A DNA stretch of 55,048 nt from Octopus bimaculoides (GCF_001194135.2 NC_068994.1:1859462-1914509); one strand, 5' to 3'. Shown: positions 35,400-47,988, counted from the stretch's first letter. Numbers and translations: made by a program. The notes: generated by a model not told the origin, from the letters alone.

Positions 35400-35891
35400 A
35401 GTGAGAGAGCTGTGCATGCCATCAAAGTGACACTAAGGTAAAATATACGAAGCCCAGGATACCCACCATAACTACCCGTCTGATAAGGGTACACCAGGTA
35501 CATGCATTACAACCATATGTGCACATCATGGTGATCTCATATCAAGATAAACAGTGCATGACCTTGCAGATGAGGCCCATCTGGCTCAAAGAGTCCCCGA
35601 ATAAGGATTGTTTAAAGATGTTGAATGAAATACCCATGTTTTCTCTCAACACATGGCTATGATACTCCCCCACTACTTCTGCTCGTGATCAGAGATGCAC
35701 ATATCGTCAGCCACCAAGGGACATGCTCAACTGGTTAAGGTCAAACAACTGGTTAAGGTCCGTGGTATTGAGCAGAATATTTGCTGTAGTCCCATCTTTT
35801 ACATCAAGGCAAAACAATGTACATGAAAACATTTCCAATCAGTTAAGATCAGAAGCCATGAGAGCCACTGTCTGGGACTGCATCAGGACAT
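35400..35891. mobile_element. Dispersed repeat (family E), long copy
   Basis: Shares ATGGTGATCTCATATCAAGATAAAC...GACCTTGCAG...CACATGGCTATGAT...CCACTACTTCTGC with 52150-52378. Confidence 0.75.
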
Positions 35892-35926
35892 TCATCATCA
35901 TCATCATCATAATAATAATAATAATA

Positions 35927-35962
<36 letters not shown>

Positions 35963-37216
35963 TTCTTATTATCATTACTATTATTAATCAACTAGTCAAC
36001 CAATTAACCAATTAATTAATCAATTTCTTCATTAATCATTTTATCAATCAATAAACGAACCAGTTAGTCCAGTTGTGTAGTTGCCATTCACACCTGAATC
36101 AGTTAGATACCTTTTGTTACTCAAGGTGTGTTCCATATTCAAATATACACATTCATACATACAAACACATGCATCCATTTATGCATACATATATACACAC
36201 ATATATATAAACTACAGCAGCAAAATACTCCAGTTGACAGAAGCGTTATGGAAGGATAACAAGGAGAGAAGGAGTGAGCCAAATAGCAGGTTTGAACCCA
36301 AAACAGACATATTAGAGTGAAGGGTCCACTTTTGTGTATGTACATTGTGGAGACATGGCTTGGTGGTAAGGAGTTTGCCTCCCAACCACATGGTTCCAGG
36401 TTCAGTCCCACTGTGTGGCACCTTGAACACTTGCTGCAGCCTCGTGGAGCTTTAGGTGTTTTCTCTCAATAAACACTCATAACACCCGACCCAGGAATCG
36501 AAACCGCAATCCTACAGCTGCGAGTCCACTAACCTAACCACTGGGCCATTGCACCTCCACGCATATAGATACTTATGTAGGCATATTGATATGGATAGGT
36601 ATATATNNNNNNNNNNNNNNNNNNNNNNNNNNNNNNNNNNNNNNNNNNNNNNNNNNNNNNNNNNNNNNNNNNNNNNNNNNNNNNNNNNNNNNNNNNNNNN
36701 NNNNNNNNNNNNNNNNNNNNNNNNNNNNNNNNNNNNNNNNNNNNNNNNNNNNNNNNNNNNNNNNNNNNNNNNNNNNNNNNNNNNNNNNNNNNNNNNNNNN
36801 NNNNNNNNNNNNNNNNNNNNNNNNNNNNNNNNNNNNNNNNNNNNNNNNNNNNNNNNNNNNNNNNNNNNNNNNNNNNNNNNNNNNNNNNNNNNNNNNNNNN
36901 NNNNNNNNNNNNNNNNNNNNNNNNNNNNNNNNNNNNNNNNNNNNNNTATATATATAATTTTCATTTTTGGTAAAATATTGCACACTGCTGTCTATATTAA
37001 ATTATTATTATTGCTATTATATATATATATATATATATATAATATAATTAATATATAAATATATGCATGTATCCATACATATATGTACATACCTACATAT
37101 ATATGTATATATACATGCATATATGGGTACAGGACATCAAAAAAATATTAAACGCTATGAGAAACGGAAACATAAAAACAAACTTTTTTTCAAACAACGA
37201 AAAAAACATATATTTA

Positions 37217-37270
<54 letters not shown>

Positions 37271-38539
37271 TATGTATTCACTTAAATTTGCATGTAGATA
37301 TATACCAAAATAAAAATACATATATACACATTTACACAAAAACACCACTGACACATATATTTACACATGTGTGTGTGGGTGCACTTAAACACGTACTTAT
37401 AAATGTAAACAAACTTATATGTAGAGATAAGAGATATGTAAACAATCAGTGGCATGGTACCTTGTACACATATTGATCCATGTACTCCGACGCACCCAGA
37501 TTGATATGTGCATAGGCATTCACATACGTATACATACAAAGACATGCAAGTTCACATACACACACCCTGTTGTTATCGGATTTTGCTTTTATCTTGAATA
37601 AGACAGTTAAATAAACAACTGGATGAACTCACAAGACAAACATCATCGTCATCGTCATCGTCATCATTATCAGATTTGGCAGAGTCGTTAGAGCATCCAA
37701 CTCAATGCCATGGAATAAATTTTTCACCTGTTTACATTCTTAATTTAAAGTGTTCTGAGCTTAATTGTTCCTTTTACTTGCCTCCTCAAATCAATTAATT
37801 AAAATACTAATGATGTATTATTGGGAAAAAGGGGTGCAGCAATATAGTTCACTGGTCCCTTTCTTCAAACTCGATGTCTTGTGCCTATAAAAGGAATTAT
37901 TATCTATAAAAATTGCTCCAAATTTTAATTTTATTTTTAACTTTTAATCCCTGTGAACCTTTTTGGAGATCTCTGAGAATGAGGGCGAAAGGGAGACATC
38001 AATTTATCCTCAGTTTGGAGACCAACCCCTGCGAGTTCTGTTGAAAACCCCTATTGGTCCTTATTGGTCCCATTAGCTCTGTTAGCTTCTTGTTGTGGTG
38101 TTACTGAAGAGTTCAATTGTGGCCAATAAATACCAAAAGTCTTGCTTATTTTTTTCTGCATGATTCCACAATGATTTGACAGTTTCCGTTCCACTGGAAG
38201 TTATATTATACTCAACGAGCACAAACTCACTTCTCTTCACTTTTACTTTCATTATTAAACATTTTAATATTTCCATTCTTTTAGAATTTCATTCTCTAAG
38301 AAGAAAAAAAAATCGAAAGCATTTTCTAAGAAAATGCTTTCGATCTTTTTTTCTTCTTGAATGAAAACTTTGCTATTCACTGTTGACAAACTAAACAATT
38401 TCACGTCTGCTGGATCCTGGAACTGAAGAATCACAAAACAGTTTGATAGCAAAGAAGATATTTCACTTTTGTATTATTATATTTTGTCAAAAACTTCTAT
38501 TCTCGTTTCACATTAAAACAACCTTCTCTATGGATTGAC

Positions 38540-39180
38540 ATCAGACGTGAAGCAACAAGAGAAAGAATGAGACAATAGAGACAAAGAAGAGAACAAAGAC
38601 TGGAAATAAGAGAAAGTTTGAGACAAAACCAATGGATAAGAAGAGCCAAGCTGAGCCCAAATGTAGAGGATAGCTATACTATCAAAGAGAGATGTCAACA
38701 GACATGAAGAAAGAGACGGAGAGAGAACAGCAAGCTGATTATAGAGAACAGCCTTGAGAGAAAGAAGTGCAGTAAAATAAGTGGAGAGATGAGAGAAAAT
38801 TTAAGAAAGAAATCAAACGGTGATGAAGACGCATGAACCACAAATAAATGCTCAACTTGAAAAATGTTGAAACAAAAAGACAACAGCAGAGATGATTTGG
38901 TATTTCCATGATATGATAAACAGGTTGTTGGTGAACCTCATCACATTGGAGAAATTAACAGATCCTGTCCTCATTGTGATGGTTTGACATTCAGAAATTG
39001 GTTTCTTAATTTGTGCCACAGCACTAAAGTGTGATTTCCTGATGAACTAAGACTACAATCTGATGTGTGTAAAGAAGTGGGGATTAATTTCAGGGAAAAT
39101 ATTCAAAAATTATCATTGTGTTGTTTCCATTGCTGGTGCAAAAATCATTAGACAACCGACATTTATAAGTCTCTGTTTTT
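38540..39180 (+). mobile_element. Helitron Rep/helicase N-terminal remnant
   Basis: Charged R/E-rich leader then HHIGEINRSCPHCDGLTFRN..LNLCHSTKV*FP...NFRENI(fs)NYHCVVSIAGAKI, matching the Helitron N-terminal zinc-finger / F..NIR.YN motif. Confidence 0.75.
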
Positions 39181-39477
39181 ATAAGTCTCTGTTCTTTTTT
39201 TAGAGAACTTGGAAATTCAAAAATTATTGGCTCTTAGAGCTATAGAGACAGAGAAACAAAGGAAATGAGATAAAGAAAGACTGTTGTAAAACATAATATA
39301 GAATTGATAATGTCAACTGAATATTGTATACAGACAGGTCTTGACCTTCACACTACAATTTTTGGATTCTATTCATTGGTTTTGAAATCACTTTTGGTTA
39401 AATTTAAATCAGCTGAGTTATGTTTACTAATTAATATAATATTACTAACACTATAATTTATCTAATTCTTAATTTTT

Positions 39478-39670
39478 CATTGTCTAGCTAATAATTATAC
39501 ATCCTATTGTTTGATTAATCATTATAAAATCTATTGTCTGGCTAAATAATTATAAAATCTGCTGTTTAGCTAATTATTATAAAACCTATTCTCTGGCTAA
39601 TTAATATTAAATCTTTGTTTAACTAATTATTTTAAAAACTATTGTTTAGCTAATTATTATTTTAAAAATC
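39478..39670. repeat. AT-rich degenerate ~27-bp tandem repeat (about 7 units)
   Basis: Consensus approximately ATTATTATAAAATCTATTGTTTAGCTA. Confidence 0.75.
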
Positions 39671-41859
39671 TTCAACACAATAAACATTGTTATGAAGGGA
39701 GATTTATAAATTTATGCATAAAATGAAGATTTATAAATTGTGGAACATCCACGAGTTCCACTGGTGAATGGAAATGGTTCAATTGCTAATTAGTTGACAT
39801 CATTAAATCGTCTGAAGATGTCATTAGTAAAATGTTAAGTTTGTTTAGTGAAATCAAAAGCTAATTGTATTTTACTTTGATGTTTTATGGAACTGGGAAA
39901 AGTACAAATTAATTATTCAATACAAAGAAAGTGGGGGGACCTCACAAACAACAAACAACAATTCTCAAAAAATGGTCAGGAATGTTACAGATTTAATGGG
40001 GAAACAGTTATATGAGGGGACTTACAGTTCCCGTGAGGATGGAAGGTGCATAAATTGAGACAGTTTTAACAGGGAACACAATTTTATAAGATGAGTTGGG
40101 GTTCTTTGGAGAGGCTGCAGAGTTTTATATGGAGAAATAGGAATTTATTTGCTCAGGAAATGTTTTTTAGCAGCAAATCTGTAGAGAATGGTAGTCTTGC
40201 AAGGGACGGCAGCAGTATGGTGGTGAAAAGAGTAGGGGTGCTAGTGTTTGAGATGGTAGTAGTAGTGGTGCTAGTTGTTGTTCAAATGGTAGTGTTGGAG
40301 TCAATGGTGCTAACTATAGTAGTAGTGGTGGTGGTGGTGGTAGTAGTAGTAATGGTGGTGTTAGTGGCAGTAATGGCAGTGGTATGATGGCAACAGTGAT
40401 TGGAAGAGGGTGCGTGTGTTTATATTTATAGTAAAGTGTGTGTGTGTGTGTGTGTGGAAGAGGAAGTAAGGAAGTAGGATGTAATGAGGAGGAGGATGAT
40501 GATGATGATGTGTAGAGAAGACACGTTACTTGCCCTGAAACTACAGGCTGAGGAGCAGAGAGAGAGAGAGAGAGTGCGTGTGTGCGTGTGATGCACATGG
40601 ATAAAGTCTTCCTTTATATTCTGTCAATCAATAAAACTCTGGCTGCCATAACGACAACTACACCTAACCCCCACCCCACCCCCACTCCCACACCACTCCT
40701 CACTCCTCACATCCCTGAACAGACACACAGACATACAGACAGACAGCTGAAGAGGTGCATGGTAGCGGTGGTGGTGGTGGTGGTCAGAGGTGGGGGGGTT
40801 GTCCTGTGTTTATGGCAGTATTTAGTGGCAGTGGATGGCGATGGTAGTGGTGGTGGTGACGGCGGTGGTGGTGGTGGTGGTGCTGCTGCTGCTGTTAGGA
40901 AGTAAGGTTTGGCTGTCTTGCCTCCTGGATCTTTATTATAGAGGTGTATTCACAGAACTATAATACACACAGACACACACACACACACACATATNNNNNN
41001 NNNNNNNNNNNNNNNNNNNNNNNNNNNNNNNNNNNNNNNNNNNNNNNNNNNNNNNNNNNNNNNNNNNNNNNNNNNNNNNNNNNNNNNNNNNNNNNNNNNN
41101 NNNNNNNNNNNNNNNNNNNNNNNNNNGGGGGGGGGGGACAAACATAGACATACAAATAAATGTACATATGTAGTATGCATGTATGTATATGTGCATGTGT
41201 GGATGGATGGATGTATACTTGTGTATATGGAGAAGTTTTCTGTTAAGCATTCATTATTGAAACTACCATAACTTTAGTCTAAACTTTTGATTTTTTTGTC
41301 TTAAAAACTTCTCCATATTTATTTATTTATTTATTTATTTCTCACTTCTTTATTGTTTTGTTTGAAACCAAAACAATAAATTCACTCAATTCCTCCATAT
41401 TTCTACACCATTCCCCCAACACCAAACTCGTTTTCTCCATTTTATTGGCAGCTGTTATTGTCGTTTTATTGATGGTGAGAATTATAGAAGAGTTTCTATG
41501 TCTGTTTGGCATTGGTTATCACTGGACTTCACATTTTTCTGACCATTAATGTCACATTTATCTCTGTAAACAGGAAGCAATTTCATCATAGACATACTAA
41601 CTGTACTATAAGTACCAAGACCGTTACTAGTACATTCAGTTTTATCATGGATTTTGTTAATATATAAACTGCCATCCTTCCATCACCCAACCTTTATCAT
41701 CATTCTTTAGAAGATGGCAACTATTACCGGATGACTTTTTTAGATTCTGTATATCTCACTACAAGGAGAGTTTGGGTGAATACTTAGGTAGTTTCATTTT
41801 ATAATCCCACCAGGGACCAGGTTATATATGATGGCCTCAATGCTCGTCTCACATAACTG

Positions 41860-42525
41860 GCACTGGTGGCACGTAAAGGGCACATTTTGAGCATTGGGCC
41901 TCATGGAGACAAAGTGGTTGAGTTCCTTTCAAACATTGGGGCACATGGAGGCAAAGCGACTGAGTTCCTTTCGAGTGTTGGGCCTCATGGAGACAAAGTG
42001 GTTGAGTTCCTTTCGAGTGTTGGGCCTCATGGAGACAAAGTGGTTGAGTTCCTTTCGAGTGTTGGGCCTCATGGAGACAAAGTGGTTGAGTTCCTTTCGA
42101 GTGTTGGGCCTCANNNNNNNNNNNNNNNNNNNNNNNNNNNCTGAGTTCCTTTCGAGTGTTGGGCCTCATGGAGACAAAGTGGTTGAGTTCCTTTCGAGTG
42201 TTGGGCCTCATGGAGACAAAGTGGTTGAGTTCCTTTCGAGTGTTGGGCCTCATGATGGCAATGACTGAGGCCTTTGGCATTATGTCCTGCTTGAGAAGAC
42301 GACCCATCAAGTCAAGCAAAATCGCAGTGGTAGCAACTATGGTGTCACACAAATGGCACCAATGCTGGTGCCATGTAAAAGCACCCATTACACTCTCAAT
42401 GGTTGGCATTAGGAAGGGTATCCAGCTGTAGAAACCATGCCAAAACAGACTGGGGTCTGGTGCAGCCTTCCAGCTTACCAGCTCCAGTCAAACCGTCTGA
42501 TCCATGCCAGCATGGACAATGGATG
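41860..42525 (+). mobile_element. Family C-related retroposon containing an expanded 42-bp minisatellite
   Basis: GGTGGCACGTAAAGGGCAC...[repeat]...GTAAAAGCACCC...GGTTGGCATTAGGAAGGGTATCCAGCTGTAGAAAC...CATGCCAGCATGG. Confidence 0.75.
41894..42253. repeat. 42-bp minisatellite, at least 7 units (27-N gap inside)
   Basis: TTGGGCCTCATGGAGACAAAGTGGTTGAGTTCCTTTCGAGTG with unit starts 41894, 41936, 41978, 42020, 42062, 42159, 42201. Confidence 0.95.
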
Positions 42526-42548
42526 TGTGTGTGTGTGTGTGTGTATAT

Positions 42549-42925
42549 AGGCACAGGCATGACTGTCTGGTAAGAAACTTGCTTTCCAACATCATGGTTC
42601 TGGGTTCAGTCCTACTGCATGGTGCCTTGGGCAAGTGATTTTATTTACTATAGCTTCAGGCTGACCAAAGCCTTGTGAGTAAGTTTGGTAGACAGAACCT
42701 GGAAGACACCCATCTTATATATATATATGTGTGTATGTGGTGGTGGGAGTATGTGTGTATATTTATGTGTGTGTGTGTGTCTTTGTGTTTGTGTTTATCC
42801 TCCATCACTACTTAACAACCAGTGTTGGTTTATTTATGTCCCTGTGACCTATCAATTCAGCAAAAGTAACCAATAGAAGAAGAGCCAGGCTTAAAAGGAA
42901 TAAGTGCTGGGGTCAATTTATTCAA
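42549..42925 (+). mobile_element. Family A SINE, degenerate near-full-length copy
   Basis: Colinear with 1570-1972 (GGTTCAGTCC B box, GACCAAAGCCTTGTGAGT, TAAGTGCTGGGGTCAATTT). Confidence 0.8.
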
Positions 42926-43210
42926 TTAAAATTCTTCAAGGCAGAATAAGAGAATCAGTGTGAAACAATGAAACAAGGGGATGTACCTTTAGAATTACTG
43001 ATACAGGCATTCACTGGGGTTCCACACAGTTTTCTTCTACTTAATTTCGTGGACAAGAACCAGAGGCTGTAGAGAAACAGGCTTTCCATGAAGTGCCAGG
43101 CAGTGGATATGAACCCTTCACCTCAGCAGGCTTGCAACAAAGTCTCTTGAACCACGTTTGTGTGTGTGTGTGTGTGTGTATCCATAGACATAGAGAGAGT
43201 AGGCGGGTGA

Positions 43211-44055
43211 GGGGTGGGGTGAGGTGGAGAATGAGTGGCAAGCATCCAGACAGAAGAGAGGAGGAGTGTCAACAACAACAACAATGCCAATGACGACGAT
43301 GACAACAACAACAATAGGACGAAGTATTTATAGATATAAGTCTTGTTTATTTCTATCCTTGAGATGATTCACCAAAGAAGCTGTGAAGTATATATACATA
43401 ATGCGTGTATATATAATGTATGCATATGTATGTATACACGTGTGTGTGTGTGTGTGTGTGTATTAGAATATTGGCACAATTGGATATCACATGGTTTTGT
43501 GATGGTAATAATGGTGGTGGTGGTGGTGTAAAAAACAGAGCCAGACGGTTTCTCAAATATCACCACCTTACCAAAGATACATTATACAACGTAGTCTGTG
43601 GTACACTAAGCCCAGTCAGCAAAAGATGAGTTGGGCATGGCTGGAATGTCTATGACCATAAGCCTGCATAATCCAGGCTGGCCACGACCACTAAACAACA
43701 CCAGTGTGTGATATCTAAGATATCAACTATATCTCCCCTACCTTGCCATATATCACATCTGTTGGATACACCATCCCCCATCACACTAGTTCACCCCCAC
43801 ACCATCACTGTGGGATATCCACCACCACCAACACCACAAGGCCATGTGATATCCAGTTGTTGTGCCAATATTCTATATATATACACCACAGATATTTCAC
43901 TGAATCATCCCCACAATAGAAATAAACATAATTGTATCTATAAATATCTTGTCCTGTTGTTGTTGTTGACACTGTTGCTCCACCTCTGCTTCTGCCACCA
44001 CTCTTTTTTCTGTCTGGACAGTTGCCACTCATTTGCCACCTCATCCCATCACCCG
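43211..44055. repeat. Diverged inverted duplication: arms about 43211-43527 and 43819-44055
   Basis: Colinear blocks AATGAGTGGCAA..TCCAGACAGAA, GTGTCAACAACAACAACA, TATTTATAGATA..TGTTTATTTCTAT..GATGATTCA, TAGAATATTGGCACAA..TGGATATCACATGG occur in opposite orientation. Confidence 0.85.
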
Positions 44056-44536
44056 TCCGACCCTCCACTCTCACCCCACCTATCCACCCCCCACTCTACA
44101 CTCTTACCAACACTCCAATGTTTCCAGAGTGTGGCTACTTTTCAACAAACTTCCATATTTAGACGTGTATGTGTGTGAGAAAAACAGACACAATGTGTCT
44201 GTATGTGTTTATGTATGAGCTGGTCTTTTATGTGTGTGTGTGTGTGTGTATCTGTATGTACGTATTTGTATAAGAGAAGAGCTATACATGTGTACATATA
44301 GATGTATGTGTGCAATGCATATATACACACACACATGCACACACATACATCATACATATACAAACATATATATATATATATATGTATACACACATATATG
44401 TTATATATATAATGTATAGATGCATATGTATCTATGTGTGTGCACATGTCCCCTTGCCTCTCTCTATATATATAGAGAGAGAGAGAAAGAGAGAGAGAGG
44501 AGAGGGAGAAGCGAGAGAGGAGAGATATAGATAGAT

Positions 44537-44567
<31 letters not shown>

Positions 44568-45115
44568 TAGATAATATGTGCAATTTAAATTCAAATACTA
44601 ATTAATAAACAAATTTGTTGGAACCTTTTTTTTACCTTTCAGAACAAAAAAAAGCAAATGAATTTTCACTTTAATATTACTTTCAAATTTTACAACCCTA
44701 CATCAAAAATCAAAATCTAATCTGAATAAATGTCTCTCACTCATTAACCATTATTCTTGAATAACTCAACCTTAACTTATTATCAACACTTTTTTTTCTC
44801 AGTTTTCCCCTAATAATATCCTTTAGAAATGTAAAGGATATGGTTTTCATATGAAAGGCCTTTGTTCCATAATTTCATAAACTGTTGAAATAATATCTAT
44901 AACCATAAATATATCATTCTCACGCCACCCAAACACACCACGAGTATCACTTTCTCCACATATATAGAGTCATTAATTCATCATCTTTTCTCCCATTAGC
45001 TATGTTTATTGAACACAGCCTGAATTATGATATCTCTATTAGATCCTCATTATTATGTTTAATTGATAATTCCACCCTACCTATTCCACCATCCTTCCCC
45101 ACTTCCACTAACCCT

Positions 45116-45340
45116 CATCATCATCATCAAATGTCCGTTTTCCATGCTGGCATGGGTTGCACAGTTTGGTAGGATCCAGCAGGCCACAAGACGGCATCCA
45201 AGAAGCTCCAATGTCTGCTTTTGCCATGCTTTCTACAGCTGGATGCCCTTCCTAACACCAACCACTTTACAAAGTGTTCTGGGTGTGTTTTATGTGGCGC
45301 CAGCACCTGAGGGGCTGCCAAGTTGCTTGCAAGATAAAGA
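45116..45340 (-). mobile_element. Family C retroposon
   Basis: (CAT)n...TTTTCCATGCTGGCATGGGTTG...TTCTACAGCTGGATGCCCTTCCTAAC. Confidence 0.8.
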
Positions 45341-45506
45341 ACAATGAAAGGGAAAAGCTCCCTTGACTAAGTGGCAGTGGTGGTGGTGGGGATTTGTGAG
45401 TTGGGGGAGGTGGCTTTATGCCAAGTGTTGGGAGTGTAGAGGATATATAAACATAATGGTAATCAATATGGCTATATTTATATCAGGTTGAAGATGGGGA
45501 AGTGTA

Positions 45507-45515
45507 ACTTACCAG
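45507..45515 (-). promoter_or_regulatory. 5' splice donor ending the PcdhC large exon (phase 0)
   Basis: CTG|GTAAGT, GT at 45512-45511, after codon 799 (…QSVLL). Confidence 0.85.
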
Positions 45516-47909
45516 CAGAACTGATTGAGGTCTTTTGTCAATGGTTGATGTGGTCCATTCACTTTGTGACTCATATTGAGGATAAAATTCGGCTTTAGTT
45601 TCTATCAACTGAGTATTCCTGGCCATCATATCATTGGAACTCCTGTTTAGTGTGTCTGATTTCTTCGTAACGCATGTATAATGGCTTTTTTCTCGGTCGG
45701 AGTTGATTTCCGTGATATACTGGTTGTTTCGGTTATTGTTACATCTGACCACACACAGAGTTATGGACACTACGATCGCCACCGACACTATCACAGCAGA
45801 TGTGACAATAACAATGACCCAAGTTAAGTTGATCATTTTATCAGACTTTAACTGGACGGTGGACAGTGCTGGAGATGTCTTGTTACTAACGGTCAGTGTC
45901 AAAGAGACAGTTGTAGTGGCTGACAGAACAGGAGTACCACTGTCTTTTACGGCAAACTCCAGTTGATAGGATCCAGCATCATTTTGGTAAACTGTCCGAG
46001 AGAATGCAAACACTCCTGTGTAAGGGTTAATCTCAAATAATAGTTTATCATTTCCACTGAGGATGCTGTATCTGAGGAAAGCATTTAAATGGCTGTCTCT
46101 GTCGGAAGCCCTCAGAACTGCAATTTCATTCTTACTCTGGGGATGATAATGGACATCAAGTGTGAAAGGGTTCACACCTGGGAAGGTAAAGTAAGGAGCA
46201 TTGTCATTTTTGTCTAAAACCTCCACCACCACATTGGCAGTGTTGTTCAATGGTGGAATTCCATTGTCTTTGACAAACACTTGGAACTTATATTGCTCCT
46301 GTTTTTCTCTGTCTAAGGAACTGGTTGTAGAAATAAAGCCATAACTTGTGATACGGAATGGTAGGGTCACTTTATTGTTACTCAACAAATGATAGGAGAG
46401 TTGTCCAGAAAGGTCTTGGTCTGGGTCAGTGGCATTGATGTAACCAATTGGGAAATTAGTTTTACCATTTTCATAAGTGAGGAATTTAAATACTTCTTTC
46501 ATAAACTGTGGTTGAACATCATTGACATCCATCACTTGAATGAAGAATTTTCTCTCTGTTTTCATTGAGGGAGATCCTTTATCTTCACATGAAATACTGA
46601 TGTCATAGTGGTCCCTAGTTTCTCTGTCCACAAATTTCTTTAATGTAATTTTATATTCTTTTGATCCTAAATCTAAAAGAAGGAATTTATCATGGTGTAG
46701 GCTACATTCCACCTCACCGTTCTGTCCAACATCATTGTCAATAACACTGACATAAGCTATGAAACTGCCGACTTTGATTCCTTCAGAAATGGCTGCTGTG
46801 TTCTCTCTCAGCTCAGTGACAAAATTTATGTCTATCTTAGGAACATTATTTTGTTGGTTTATTACATTTATTAAAACCATTGCTGTGGAACTTGAGGAAG
46901 GATTGCCCCCATCTTTAGCTTCAACAAACAACTTGTATGTCTGTTTTTGTTCGGAATTTAATGTTTTCTGTGTGAAAATTTCACCAGTCACTTCGTTCAG
47001 TTTAAAATAAGATTTGGCAATATCAGAGGTCGCAGAACTAATGTGATATGTGACTTTACCATTTTCACCTAAATCTAAATCACTAGCAGACAGAACAGTG
47101 ATTGGTAAGAATCTTCCATGTGTACTTCTGATAGAAACATTGTAAATATTCTGTGTAAATACTGGAGCATTATCGTTTTCATCTGTCACAGTTATTTCAA
47201 TATTCAGCACCCCTTGTTTTGGAGGAGATCCCCCATCACTCGCAATAATCTGAAGACTGTAACTGTCTTTCTCTTCTCTGTCCAATTTCTCATTAAGTAT
47301 TATAGCTAGTTTAGAACTCCCAGTGATTATTTTCTTCACAGATAACTTGAATGTCTCTCTAAATCTCCGTGTTAATTGGTAAGAAATCTTAGAATTCAAG
47401 TTGCCTACATCTTTGTCAACAGCATTAGGAATTGCCATTTTCAACCCAATTCCATCTCTCTCTGAAAACTTTAACATTACAGATTTCACAGCAAATTTTG
47501 GTTTATGATCATTCACATCTTCTATAATTACTTTAATTTTCAGAATTTTTAAAAATGCTTCACCTTTGTGGACAGCAATTTTGATCGTTTTAAAACATTC
47601 AACATTATATTTGCACAGAGATTCTGCATCAAGTCTCTGTGTTGTGTAGAGCTCCCCTCTTTTAGAAACATTGAATAGCTGTGAAACCCCTGCCTGCTTT
47701 TGCTGCAGCTGATTGAATGTAATAAGATTGGTATGTTGAGACAACATACCATCGAGGAAATGAGATTCAGCTGCCACATCTCCGACGTATGTTCCAATAT
47801 TCTTCTCCTCTTGTACACGGAATGTGATATCTATTGCAAAAGAAATGTCCAGGGAAGATAACAGCAAGCTCACAAGAGCCAACATGGTCCCAGCAGAGCT
47901 GGTGCACAT
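45513..47909 (-). CDS. Pcdh: Protocadherin C, complete large exon: signal peptide, EC1-EC6, TM (~aa 695-721), proximal cytoplasmic tail
   Basis: ORF track 45483..47909 (808 aa if unspliced); six cadherin repeats (DVNDHKP, DENDNAP, NQQNNVP, DVNDVQP, DKNDNAP boundaries), EC1 C-x5-C, hydrophobic TM LTWVIVIVTSAVIVSVAIVVSITLCVV. Met9 (47885) is an alternative start. Confidence 0.97.
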
Positions 47910-47941
47910 CTCACACTTGTATTTTCAATCATCAAAGGTTT

Positions 47942-47963
47942 CTGGAATAAAGAAAGAAAATGG
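47942..47963 (-). promoter_or_regulatory. 3' splice acceptor of PcdhC large exon
   Basis: ccattttctttctttattccag|AAACC, 32 nt upstream of the ATG. Confidence 0.8.
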
Positions 47964-47988
47964 TATGAACAATGTTTTGAATGGTGTG

